From Promethearchaeota archaeon (lineage in GTDB: Archaea > Asgardarchaeota > Lokiarchaeia > Sigyniarchaeales > SOKP01), in assembly GCA_016930515.1 (NCBI GenBank), contig JAFGGO010000162.1:1-57396 (forward strand): 57,396 nucleotides of DNA, read 5' to 3'. Shown here piece after piece: positions 20,227 to 30,401 of the stretch; the first letter of the stretch is position 1; the number at the start of each line of letters is the position of its first letter. The notes beneath the pieces are model-generated. The model searched no databases. It saw only the letters and a program-made list of their open reading frames with translations, and was not told where the DNA came from. The position numbers and the translations under genes were made by a program.

Positions 20227-21477
20227 TCACTTCTTTTTTCTTTTAGCACCAATGCTAGTTGCCTTCGACATCAACCATTCAGGCGTTCCCTTGCCGTCCC
20301 AAAATTTATACCAAAAATAAAAAAGGAACCCTAACAATCCTATATAGGTAAGAACAAAATAGGGATAAACGAGAATTGACATGTAGGAACTATAAAATGG
20401 TAATAACAAGTAATGGAGCAAAAAGAGATTCAACGAAACCGTACCATAGAATTTTATCATATCAATGAAAATATTATCCTTTTTTTTTATATCAGTTACA
20501 TATAATCCCACGGCGACGATCAAGAAAGAAGCGCCCATTGTGTACCACATATTCGAAAAAGTTCCTCTAACTAAGAATTTCCACATACCAGGATAATGAA
20601 TAAAAGGTTGTCGTATTGCCGTGTAATATACATCAAATTTATAGAGCCTACCATTAATGTTGCCTAAGGTAGGGTTTACGGTTTCGATACCCGTGGTGAT
20701 CCCGAAAATTAAAAATATCCCACCCCAGAATATGAACAGGTTAAACAAACGCTTGTAAGCCTCGTCAGTCCCTTCCATCATGGCTTCGTATAGATATTCG
20801 CCAAATATTGTAGTTATAAAACAGATGGAAATCCAAGGCAAGACGGTTGTCGTAGCTTCGTCCGAATCAAGTATTAAAAACACGGTTTCAAAAAAAGGAT
20901 TATTTTGGGAAAGAATATATAGCGACTCTCTAATCATTTCCGAAGAAAATATAATAATTGTCCCGACAATCGCTCGAGCCGACCTACTCAGTTTTAAAGT
21001 AAAATAACAGACGATTTGAGACAAACCAATAAAGCTGATGATGTTCCACCCCCATAAACTTCGTGGGAAAGGGAGTTCGGACCCGTTCAAGGCGAAATTA
21101 ATCAAGGATCCGATAAAGAGCATCATCATGCCACGAGCGAAAATCATATTTCTTATCACGTTCTGAGGTAAAACGCCTTTTTTTCTATTGATGCTGAAAA
21201 CAACACTCAATGCCGAGAGGAATATGAACAAGGAGGGACCAAAGATGTCTAAAAAAGCATACACGATACCGTTTAAGAACACCCAATTTTCATCGAACCA
21301 TGCTGCTGATGTATGAGCGATGATGATAAAAATGATCGCAATCCCTTTTACGAAGTCTATGCTTGATAGACGCCTGGGAATGGCTTTTGTTGTTTCTATT
21401 TCAAGGGTAGAAACATCGATTTCCTCGTCAGGTATTGTTTCGCGAACTTCTTCTTTGAGAATCGTTTCAGCTGTCAT
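20227..21477 (-). CDS. HGSNAT-like / DUF1624 membrane acyltransferase-family protein
   Basis: RRLSSIDFVKGIAIIFIIIAH, PSLFIFLS; multi-pass TM. Confidence 0.75.
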   Translation of the reverse strand: MTAETILKEEVRETIPDEEIDVSTLEIETTKAIPRRLSSIDFVKGIAIIFIIIAHTSAAWFDENWVFLNGIVYAFLDIFGPSLFIFLSALSVVFSINRKKGVLPQNVIRNMIFARGMMMLFIGSLINFALNGSELPFPRSLWGWNIISFIGLSQIVCYFTLKLSRSARAIVGTIIIFSSEMIRESLYILSQNNPFFETVFLILDSDEATTTVLPWISICFITTIFGEYLYEAMMEGTDEAYKRLFNLFIFWGGIFLIFGITTGIETVNPTLGNINGRLYKFDVYYTAIRQPFIHYPGMWKFLVRGTFSNMWYTMGASFLIVAVGLYVTDIKKKDNIFIDMIKFYGTVSLNLFLLHYLLLPFYSSYMSILVYPYFVLTYIGLLGFLFYFWYKFWDGKGTPEWLMSKATSIGAKRKKK

Positions 21478-21527
21478 TAGATTATACCTGTAAATTTATA
21501 TAGTCAATTAATTATTATAAAATTGGA

Positions 21528-22859
21528 TCATTTAAATACTAAAAAGTTACGCTTTTTGAAGATTTTATAAATTTCATTGATTCTTTTTAACGACTTTTTT
21601 TGTGTTTTTTCTTTTGTGGAAATAAAGCACGAGTAATTGTGATCGCCACCATGGCCTAATTGTCTGTTAGAGATCGGGGGAGTCACGATCTCGGGAATAA
21701 GATTCATTAGGATAGGTATTTGGTCTTCGTATGGGTCAGTTTTGGAATTTTCACAGGAGTATTGCATTTCTATCCTGTAAAAAGTGGAATGATGGGTATA
21801 ACGAGGTTTTTTATATATTTCTTTTGATAATTTAGCGTCGTATATTAACTCAGCAGGATTGACATCAATGACATTTCTAATACCTACATAAGAAGTCGTG
21901 AGGCGGGGATTAATTTCGATGTAATAATTTTTACAAGTTTTGGATCTGACAAAATCAACTCCGTAATATCCACTCAAGGGTATGGGTGAATTTTCTGCTA
22001 GTTCAATTAAATCCAAATAAATTTTTTCTCCATGTCGTGCAGGTGTGCTTCCACCGATATATTCGGATTCTTCTTCAAATTCCTTTATTTGAATGGATTG
22101 CGAATTTATTCCCAATAGAATTGGTGTGGAAGCTATATTAGAACTATTTTGAGAAATTCCGATAAAAGAAGCGCTTAGATCAATTCCATTTATAAATTCC
22201 TGTAAAATATAATTCCTCTTTCCTTCCAATATATTTCCTTTCATATTGATAAAATCTTTTATTTTTTGCTCGTCATGAAGATAGAAAATATTTTCTGAAC
22301 CAATACCGTCTTCTGGTTTGATTATTATCGGGCAACTGAGCTCTTCGTATTTCTTGAGAATAAAATTATAATCGAGAAGCTCTTTTTTGCGAGGAATTGG
22401 ATATGTTCGCGGAGTTAAAATTTTTTGTCGATTGAAATAGTTAAAGGTCTTTAATTTTGATGTCCCTAACTCTATACCTGACAAATCAGCGCTTAAAACG
22501 ATTTTATTGAGGTTTAAAGCAAGTTTCGTGAGGTCGAAAAGGATGTTCGAAAATTCAGGAGCAATTATAAAACAATATTCGCATCTATTCACACCATCAA
22601 TAAAAACATCAATAAATGATTTATCGGAGCTTACAGATTCATATCTATCTACGCACAAATATTTAGAAAGAAATGTAATTCTTGCATCAATAATTGTAAT
22701 CACATTAAAGTTCATTCGCTTGAAATCTAACGCGATAGATCTCAGCATTGCGTATCCCTCACAAAATAAATGAGGGGGTACTTCAACATTATTAAATCCC
22801 CCTCCCGCAACAAATTCGAATATAAATAGGGTATTTTCTGTTAACATCACGCTTTTCAT
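21528..22859 (-). CDS. mfnD: ATP-grasp ligase, tyramine--L-glutamate ligase (MfnD)-like
   Basis: IFEFVAGGG...EGYAML, IIAPE, IIKPEDGIGS, GYYGVDF, IEINPRLTTSYVG. Confidence 0.75.
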   Translation of the reverse strand: MKSVMLTENTLFIFEFVAGGGFNNVEVPPHLFCEGYAMLRSIALDFKRMNFNVITIIDARITFLSKYLCVDRYESVSSDKSFIDVFIDGVNRCEYCFIIAPEFSNILFDLTKLALNLNKIVLSADLSGIELGTSKLKTFNYFNRQKILTPRTYPIPRKKELLDYNFILKKYEELSCPIIIKPEDGIGSENIFYLHDEQKIKDFINMKGNILEGKRNYILQEFINGIDLSASFIGISQNSSNIASTPILLGINSQSIQIKEFEEESEYIGGSTPARHGEKIYLDLIELAENSPIPLSGYYGVDFVRSKTCKNYYIEINPRLTTSYVGIRNVIDVNPAELIYDAKLSKEIYKKPRYTHHSTFYRIEMQYSCENSKTDPYEDQIPILMNLIPEIVTPPISNRQLGHGGDHNYSCFISTKEKTQKKSLKRINEIYKIFKKRNFLVFK

Positions 22860-22959
22860 TTCGATTTTAAGATAATAAAGATATAATACAATAAAGATAA
22901 AAAATGATGAGAAATTAAGTTAAAATAACCCCAATCTAAGCATAAAAAGTAATGAAATA

Positions 22960-24177
22960 ATGACTTTTTTTCTAGAAGAAACACAACAGAGAATTCGATA
23001 TCTTCACTTCAAGATCAAGCATATTGAAGAGGCTTTAGAAAAATCAGACGAGAAGTTCGACCTCGACGATTTAAACCTCATTTCCGAATATACCATGATC
23101 TTAAATGTTAATTATCACAATCAGGACCATAAAAAAATATTAAAAGAATTGGACATTACCCGAAATTTTAACGACATCGAAATAAATGACATGATGTTCG
23201 AATGCGCTCGTTCTTTATGGATTTTAGCGAGAGCCTACGCATATTTATCAGAATCGTTCGAAGAAAACGAAGAATGGGAAAATGCCATAATTGCCATGAC
23301 AAATAGCGCCAAGATTTACAAGACTGCGGCATATTTCAGTACGGCATCCGTTTTACAAGAGGAAAAGGGAAATACCCTCGATCCAGAAAATTTAGAGATG
23401 CTTTCTGAAGAAGCAAGGATATTAGCACAGAGTATTGGCGCACTTCGAGAAGAGCAGAGGAATAACCTTTATTTCTCTTCAAAATTATATGCAGGATTGA
23501 GCGCCTTGTCGAAAAGATTATTTTACTTGAGGAATCACGACGAAAAAAAGAAACAACAAATTCGCGCACAATTTCACTATGATATGGGAAGAGCATGCCA
23601 CCTGAAAGCTCTCGCTTCGAAGGAATCCTCGCTGACAGGCATTAATAAGGACAAAGTTACGAAACTGTTGCAAAAAGCAAACTTTTACTACACAAAATCG
23701 AGAGAGATATGGGAAAGCATGCTTGAAACCATCAAGGACATGTCAAGCGACGAGCAGGAAAACTTAAAAGAAAACATTTCCATCGTGAAGGATTATCTCA
23801 AAGAAAACGATGTAGAAACCCTGGATTACGACCAAATTAAAAAAATCCAAGATCCTGAACCGATTATCATCATCCCTGAAAATTTAGCTCCTTTCGTTCC
23901 AAAATCCACGATATATTTAACAAAATTCGTACCTAAGGATTTAAACCAGAAGAGGTTTAAAAGTTTCAAGAACAAGAAATTGGAAACAAAAATTCCTTAT
24001 TCTAAGAAGGAGAAGCTCTTAGATAAGAAAGCGGGTATTATTAGAACGATTAACGAACTCAAGGCCTTGGAACAAAATAAGGATATTGAAATAGAAAAAT
24101 TCACGGAACTCATGGAGAAATATACTACAAAATTAAACATGATCGATACCGCCTTGGAAAAACTCTCAAAAAACTGA
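22960..24177 (+). CDS. Hypothetical alpha-helical protein
   Basis: 405-aa ORF, helical or solenoid-like composition, no recognised catalytic motif. Confidence 0.7.
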   Translation: MTFFLEETQQRIRYLHFKIKHIEEALEKSDEKFDLDDLNLISEYTMILNVNYHNQDHKKILKELDITRNFNDIEINDMMFECARSLWILARAYAYLSESFEENEEWENAIIAMTNSAKIYKTAAYFSTASVLQEEKGNTLDPENLEMLSEEARILAQSIGALREEQRNNLYFSSKLYAGLSALSKRLFYLRNHDEKKKQQIRAQFHYDMGRACHLKALASKESSLTGINKDKVTKLLQKANFYYTKSREIWESMLETIKDMSSDEQENLKENISIVKDYLKENDVETLDYDQIKKIQDPEPIIIIPENLAPFVPKSTIYLTKFVPKDLNQKRFKSFKNKKLETKIPYSKKEKLLDKKAGIIRTINELKALEQNKDIEIEKFTELMEKYTTKLNMIDTALEKLSKN

Positions 24178-24332
24178 ATATTACCTCCTATTTTCTCCTT
24201 TTTTAACTCTTTCTCATTAAACCAGATTCCTTGTCTTGATTATGCTAAAATTTAAAAAATGGCGAGTTTTATTATACAATAAAAATTAATTCTAAGAAAT
24301 ATTCACTAATAATTTTATGAGGGTTTGATGAG

Positions 24333-26681
24333 ATGGCTAAAAAATCAAGCATTGATAAGAAAATAAAACCAATCGTGAAAGAAAGCATCGTATTATCCAC
24401 CAAGAAGCAATACACCGAAGCAATCAGAAAGTTAAGAGAAGTACTAAGCATTATTCGAGACAAGGTCAAAGAACCAGAAGAACAAAAAGAAGAACTTGAA
24501 AAAATTAAGGAAAGAATAAATTCAACCTACCTTCTCGAGATTGAAGATATTATTAAAAAAACTGAAGAGCTTGTTAACCAAAAAAAATTTAACAACGCCA
24601 TCGAAGAATACAACAAGGCGTCTACTATAACCATTAACATATCCGATCCTCACTTAAGCGAAACTCAAGCGAATAGGATAGAAAAGTTGAAGACCCTGAC
24701 CGAAGTCAAGATACTATTGGAGGAAGCCATTAAATCCTGTTCCGAAAAGCATTATGAAATCGCTCTTAAAACCCTCGAAAGAGCCCTTCAAAAAGCTTCT
24801 AATTTTTGCGATCAAATTGATAAAAATATCGTTATTATAAAAACCATTACCAATAAAATACGCTCCGCTCAAATTTCTACAATAAATCAGAAAAGCGACG
24901 AATTGCTTAACCAAGGAAAATACGAAGAAGCGTTGAATAATTTCAACGAAGCATTAGAAAATGCAAATCTCATGTACGACGACGACCTAAAAATAACGGT
25001 CATAAATAAAGCTAAAGATAACATAAATCGATCTTATTCAAGTATTATAGACTCGCTCATTAAGAAAAGAGAAAATTTACTAAAAGAAAATAAACTGGAA
25101 GACGCGGCTTCTCAACTCAAGACGATGATTGAAATACTTGATAAAATGCATGATTCGAATTTTAAAACAAAAAAGAGAGAAGAATTAAGCGAATTGATAA
25201 ATCCTAGCTACATCGAGTCGATAAAGAAGTTAATGGAGGAAGGGGAAAAGATTAAAACCCAAGAGGATTTCGTCGATTCAATTCAGGATATTACTAAGGC
25301 CCTTAGCAAGTTTCAGGAAGCATTGAAGATTGCAAATAAGATGATCAAATCGGAGATTAAAGATCGCAAAATCAAGGAAATTTCAAACATTATAAACGAA
25401 ACTTGCACCCTTACCATTGCTCCAAGAAAAAAGACGGGGATTGAGCTAATCAAAGAAAAGAAATACGAGGAGGCGATCAGAGAGCTATATTCGGTCATGA
25501 GTATTGGAAAAAACATGATATTTTCCGAAGGACAAGAGAACGAGGAAATTGAGGACATAAAAAGAACAATAAATAAGGTATACGAAGCCGAGGTTGAAGG
25601 AGTATTATCCATAGGAGAAAACCTTGTTATAGAAAAAAAACACGATAAAGCTCTTGAAACGCTAAATGAGGCCTTGAATATCACGAATAAAATGTATTTA
25701 TCGGAAGAAATGGACGCTATTGTCAATAAGATTAAAAATGTCATCTATGAAACGGAATTAAAACAAATCGTTCAAAAAGGAGACGTTTCAGAGAAAGAGG
25801 TTAAATTCCTAAAGGAAATCGAGTCGCTTCAGGAGTCGCTCCAAGTAGCAAGCAGCATGAAGGACGAGGACTTGAAGGCGGAGGAAATGGAACGATTGCG
25901 TAGGGAAATCGATCTTGTTCACGGCAACAGGATAAAACTATTAATTGAACAAGGAATAGAACTAACAGAAAAAAATCAATTTGAATCTGCGTTTGAGCGT
26001 TTTGAAAAAGCTATTGAAATAACCGATTCAATAGAATTGAGAGAAATTAAAAATCGAGAACTCAGTTCCTCAATAGAGAGCTACAAGCTTGCACTTAACA
26101 ACAAGGCTAGGCGTGATCTGAAAAATCAAAAATTCGACGACGCCATTGCGTCCTGTAATAAGGCAAATGAACTAGAAGAAAATGCAGAATCATGCTACAT
26201 TATGGGAAATGCATATAAGTATAAGGAAGAGCACGATCGTGCCATTCAGAACTATGAGCGTGCGATTCAATTGGACCAAAACCACGCAAATGCTTGGAAC
26301 GAAAAAGGACTCGTGCTTGAAATGAAATCAGAATATCAAAAAGCGATAGATAGTTTTCAAAACGCCCTAAACATCGACTCAAAACACGCTAGTGCATGGT
26401 ATAATATGGGAAATGCGTATAAATATGTTAATGCTCTTGACAAGGCGATAGATTCATACAATAAGGCGATTGAAATCGATCCGAGCTTTTCAAAAGCGTG
26501 GTTTTTTAAAGGAAGTGCTTATTTTGGCAAGAAAGATTATTACAACACCATTGAAAGCCTTTCAAAAGCGATAGAAATCAATCCAGAATTAGGTAAGAAC
26601 ATTGGAAATTTGCTGCAAGACCTTAAAAGGATATTTGCTTCAATTGGAGACCAATTTAATGAAGCGTTGGATAAAAAATAG
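24333..26681 (+). CDS. Tetratricopeptide-repeat protein
   Basis: Canonical C-terminal TPRs (AWYNMGNAYKYVNALDKAIDSYNKAIEIDP); degenerate helical repeats upstream. Confidence 0.88.
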   Translation: MAKKSSIDKKIKPIVKESIVLSTKKQYTEAIRKLREVLSIIRDKVKEPEEQKEELEKIKERINSTYLLEIEDIIKKTEELVNQKKFNNAIEEYNKASTITINISDPHLSETQANRIEKLKTLTEVKILLEEAIKSCSEKHYEIALKTLERALQKASNFCDQIDKNIVIIKTITNKIRSAQISTINQKSDELLNQGKYEEALNNFNEALENANLMYDDDLKITVINKAKDNINRSYSSIIDSLIKKRENLLKENKLEDAASQLKTMIEILDKMHDSNFKTKKREELSELINPSYIESIKKLMEEGEKIKTQEDFVDSIQDITKALSKFQEALKIANKMIKSEIKDRKIKEISNIINETCTLTIAPRKKTGIELIKEKKYEEAIRELYSVMSIGKNMIFSEGQENEEIEDIKRTINKVYEAEVEGVLSIGENLVIEKKHDKALETLNEALNITNKMYLSEEMDAIVNKIKNVIYETELKQIVQKGDVSEKEVKFLKEIESLQESLQVASSMKDEDLKAEEMERLRREIDLVHGNRIKLLIEQGIELTEKNQFESAFERFEKAIEITDSIELREIKNRELSSSIESYKLALNNKARRDLKNQKFDDAIASCNKANELEENAESCYIMGNAYKYKEEHDRAIQNYERAIQLDQNHANAWNEKGLVLEMKSEYQKAIDSFQNALNIDSKHASAWYNMGNAYKYVNALDKAIDSYNKAIEIDPSFSKAWFFKGSAYFGKKDYYNTIESLSKAIEINPELGKNIGNLLQDLKRIFASIGDQFNEALDKK

Positions 26682-26749
26682 AGCTCTATCAATAATTATT
26701 TTATAATTAAAAGAGTTGATAATTATTTTTTAAAAAAAGGGTTGTATAA

Positions 26750-26951
26750 TTTCTTCTTGCTGCAAGTAAGATAAGCGATCCTAATAATTTGACTAAGTGC
26801 TCTCAAATCCCCTGATACGATCATTCAAAAGATTGGGGCAGAAATATCGGGAAGCCAGAATAAAATCGTATAAAACACGCGAAAACAGACAAGAAATATG
26901 AGCGAATCTCGTGAATTTCAATATATATTTTCTTCCAACTTTTATCATCAT
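26750..26951 (-). pseudogene. Possible degraded paralog of the 16911..17315 membrane protein
   Basis: Minus-strand frames give KFTRFAHI.../VFYTILFWLPDISAPIF*, compared with KFTKLTLLIHLIIGCIMTLLFFIPEITFGLL. Requires a frameshift and a stop. Confidence 0.35.
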
Positions 26952-27110
26952 TAATTTACATGTAAATTTTATTTTTACCTATTCCTATTAAAAAGAACTT
27001 TAAGAACTATTATTTCCACGCTATTTAAAGAATAATTAACATCTCTTAATATCCACAAATTTTTTCCAGATAAAGCGCATTTTTATATTTCATGCTAGAT
27101 TACCAAATAC

Positions 27111-27392
27111 ATGCCAGACAATACTTCGGTTTTATTATACATAAAGCAAATGCTCGGAGATTTAATTTATATAAACGGCATCATTGCCACGGAACTAATT
27201 AACATCACCGAAAATACAGCCGCCATTCGCCACGGAGAAGAATTCTTGAATAATAGTCAATGCAAGCCCGAACACGAACAATTAAAAAAAAACATTGTGA
27301 ATATCGTAAAAACCTACAAAAGACAGCCCGAAGAGTTCTTAGAAATTTTAGATAAACACGTGCTAAAACACTTAGAAGAACCCAATGATTGA
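27111..27392 (+). CDS. Hypothetical protein, first gene of an operon with the IscU-like gene
   Basis: 93-aa ATG ORF ending 9 bp before the IscU-like start. Confidence 0.7.
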   Translation: MPDNTSVLLYIKQMLGDLIYINGIIATELINITENTAAIRHGEEFLNNSQCKPEHEQLKKNIVNIVKTYKRQPEEFLEILDKHVLKHLEEPND

Positions 27393-27401
27393 GTAGAGAA
27401 A

Positions 27402-27839
27402 ATGTCTAAGGATCCGTTTCATGAGTTTTGTGACGAGCTCGAAAAGCAGATCATCAAGAAAGATATCAAAGATCACAACGAGCGAATTGTTCAATTGTTT
27501 CGAAATCCTTTAAATTGGGGACGAATGCCCGAAAACGAATTGAGCATATCTCGAATTGAAAAAGGTAAGAAGGGGGAACTTCTTGAATTTTATATAAAAA
27601 TTGATTCTAATGGAATAGTACAGAAAACCAGCTTTTTTACAAATGGATGTGGGTGCATAGTGGCCGTGGCGAGCCAAGCAACGCTCTTGATTGAAGGAAA
27701 AAATATTATGGATGTTAAAGAAATTAGCCTTGAGGATATTAAAAATGCACTAGGTGGACTACCAGACGAAGAAAAGCATTGTGCCGAATTGGTAGTATTT
27801 ACTCTCAAAAAGCTCGTAAAAGATTATAATTCAAGTTGA
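27402..27839 (+). CDS. IscU/NifU-like Fe-S scaffold protein (first conserved Cys absent)
   Basis: FRNPLNWG, FTNGCGC, ALGGLPDEEKHCAEL. The usual CGD motif reads KKGE. Confidence 0.8.
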   Translation: MSKDPFHEFCDELEKQIIKKDIKDHNERIVQLFRNPLNWGRMPENELSISRIEKGKKGELLEFYIKIDSNGIVQKTSFFTNGCGCIVAVASQATLLIEGKNIMDVKEISLEDIKNALGGLPDEEKHCAELVVFTLKKLVKDYNSS

Positions 27840-27854
27840 TAATGTTGATTTTTC

Positions 27855-28581
27855 TTGGAAAAAAAAGAAGTGAAAATTCCTGTAGAACAGGGGATCTGTC
27901 TTAGGGGTTCTTTATATTATAGTAAAGAAACTCCATTGAAAGCCCCATTTGTTATAAATCTTTCGGGATTAGGGGAACATCGAGAAAGCGAATTTGTAAA
28001 ATATTTTTCAGAAAAATTTGCTCATGAGGGTTTTTATGTTTTAACTTATGATTATCGGGCTCATGGAGAGACTGCCAAGCAAACGGGAAAAAATATCACA
28101 AAAAACATGCCCAATATCTTTCGAGATGTCAATAAAGTGATTTCCTGGATAATCGAAAAACAAAAGAATAAATTATTAGATCAGAAAATCGCTTTATTTG
28201 GTCCGATCTCTTGGAGGTGTGATGACTCTTACAAAAGAAATTTTAGATGAAAGGGCGAAAGTCTTGATTTCTTTATGTGCAAGATACGACTATCACACTT
28301 ATACTGGACTCAAACTTTCAGAGGAGGTAATCCACGAGATTAGCCCAAGATATTATATTAAGGAATATCCTAATAACAAGAATCGAATTTTAATCGCACA
28401 TTGTCGAGACGATAAAATCATTCCTTTCTCAAATCTTGTTCAAATACAGCAAAAACTTCAATTGAGTGATGATAATGTGATTATTTACGATTCTGGAGGG
28501 CATTCTTTTAAGGGAGACAAAAGTGATTTGTTTACGAGAATCTTAAAATTTTTGAGAAACAATGAAGTAGATATCCTATAA
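27855..28581 (+). pseudogene. Alpha/beta hydrolase split by a +1 frameshift (or assembly error)
   Basis: YDYRAHG in ORF1; DDKII and GGH in ORF2. Removing one C at 28203/28204 restores the nucleophile elbow FG-RSLGG. Confidence 0.82.
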
Positions 28582-28630
28582 AAAATTAAAAAAAGAAGTA
28601 ACAATTTAATTAGTAAAAAGTCTAAATAAA

Positions 28631-29551
28631 GTGAACATGTTAATGGAAAAAATAATGGTTGTAGGACCCGCCTCTCAAATTTTAGGCGTCAAAATTGCTA
28701 AAGAACTAGGGATTAATCACATTTTAAGCACCCAGACAAAAATTTTTGCTGACGGAGAGAATTACTTGAGACTGGACCTCGAAGACGAGACCGTGGTTCA
28801 AGGGAGCGAGACCATCATCGTGCAATCAACAGGTCCAAGCGCCAGCGGGAATCAAAATGCTCGCTTGTTCGAGCTCCTCATGATGATATCGGCTGTAAAA
28901 CGGATGGGCGCCTCAAAGATCATTGTTGTCATTCCTTATCTCGCATACGCTCGTCAAGATAAAATATTTCGTCCTGGAGAATGCGAATTTGCAAATATTG
29001 TCTTGAAAACCATCGATCTCATGGAAATTAACGAATTATATGTTGTTGATGTCCACGCACCAGATGTTCTAAAGGAACTCATTACGAATAAGGTTGTCAA
29101 TATCGACTCCATGAAAGTGCTAGCGGACTACATCAAGGGATTGGGAGCTAAAGACATCGTGGTTGTATCTCCCGATAAAGGCGCCGTCGAAAGGTCAAAA
29201 GCTTTTGCCAAGCATTTTGGAGACGGCATACCCGTGGAATATTTTGAGAAAAAAAGGGACGTCAAAACCGGAGAGATCGAAATGCAGGGAAAATTAACCT
29301 TGGAAGGGAAGGACGTGGTAATTTCCGACGATATAATTGCCACGGGCGGTACAATGGCTAAGGCAATTGAGATATCAAAAAAAAGTGGAGCAAATAGGGT
29401 TTTTGCAGTTGCAACACACGCTTTACTGCTAGAGCAAGCAAAATTTAGGATCTTGTCTGCAGGTGCCGACGAAATCATAGGAACAGATTCTATTGACAAC
29501 GAAGTTAGCAAGGTCTCGCTCGCAAAGGCTATTGCCGATTATTTGAAATAA
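28631..29551 (+). CDS. prs: Ribose-phosphate pyrophosphokinase
   Basis: FADGE, PYLAYARQDK, VDVH, SPDKGA, DDIIATGGTM. Confidence 0.96.
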   Translation: MNMLMEKIMVVGPASQILGVKIAKELGINHILSTQTKIFADGENYLRLDLEDETVVQGSETIIVQSTGPSASGNQNARLFELLMMISAVKRMGASKIIVVIPYLAYARQDKIFRPGECEFANIVLKTIDLMEINELYVVDVHAPDVLKELITNKVVNIDSMKVLADYIKGLGAKDIVVVSPDKGAVERSKAFAKHFGDGIPVEYFEKKRDVKTGEIEMQGKLTLEGKDVVISDDIIATGGTMAKAIEISKKSGANRVFAVATHALLLEQAKFRILSAGADEIIGTDSIDNEVSKVSLAKAIADYLK

Positions 29552-29557
29552 AAAAAA

Positions 29558-30124
29558 CTATTGGTTTTTCTCAATTATCTCCAAAACTATTTTTTTCGTC
29601 TTTTTTTTTAGGTCATCTATGCTAGTATCATTAAATATTTTATATTCTGCGTTATCCAAAACTTCTTGAGATCCAAACTCAATCTCTCTCTTATCCCGTT
29701 CAATTATTTCTTGAATATTCGTTGTATCGTCACTCCTCCCTCGATTCATCATCCGGTTAATACGCTCAGTCTCATTCATTACTATCGCAATTATTGGGAA
29801 GGTTTGAATATGTTGTTTAAAAAAATTAACTTCGGACATTGATCGCAAGCCATCAATAAAAATTATCGATTCAGGAATTTCCTTAATTAAATCCAAGCAT
29901 TTTATTGCTATAATTTCAGGACCATTGTTAATCCGCAATTCTTTAGCTATTTTTCCAAGATTTTCCCCCGTAGGATCAACATTTCTAAGTCGAGCTTCGT
30001 TTCTAATAACATCTCCCATTGTAATGACCCGTCCAAGACTTCTTATGGCGTCTATTGCCGTGGATTTTCCTGATCCAGGTAGTCCCGCAAAACCTATGAT
30101 GTGCTTAAATTTATACTTGCTCAT
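29558..30124 (-). CDS. Archaeal P-loop NMP-kinase / dephospho-CoA-kinase-like protein (UPF0200)
   Basis: GLPGSGKS, MGDVIR, IDGLRS, RGRSDD, RDKRE. Confidence 0.85.
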   Translation of the reverse strand: MSKYKFKHIIGFAGLPGSGKSTAIDAIRSLGRVITMGDVIRNEARLRNVDPTGENLGKIAKELRINNGPEIIAIKCLDLIKEIPESIIFIDGLRSMSEVNFFKQHIQTFPIIAIVMNETERINRMMNRGRSDDTTNIQEIIERDKREIEFGSQEVLDNAEYKIFNDTSIDDLKKKTKKIVLEIIEKNQ

Positions 30125-30401
30125 ATTAATCTCCAGATCAAACCTGCTGTAATAAATGATTATGCATTCAAATGTACTTAATAGACATGTGTTATCATTA
30201 ACTCAATTAATATTTTCATAGTCTTTCTTGTCAAATCGTACCAATTGAAGAGAAAATGTTAATACAAAATAGATAAAAATATAAATCTTACCATTTTAAT
30301 AATGTAAGAGAGTTTAAAAAATATCATAAATTATCTTAAGCGGGTAATAGAGAAAGAAATTCAACATAGAAAATCAATAATCTAACAAACTAAATGCTCA
30401 A

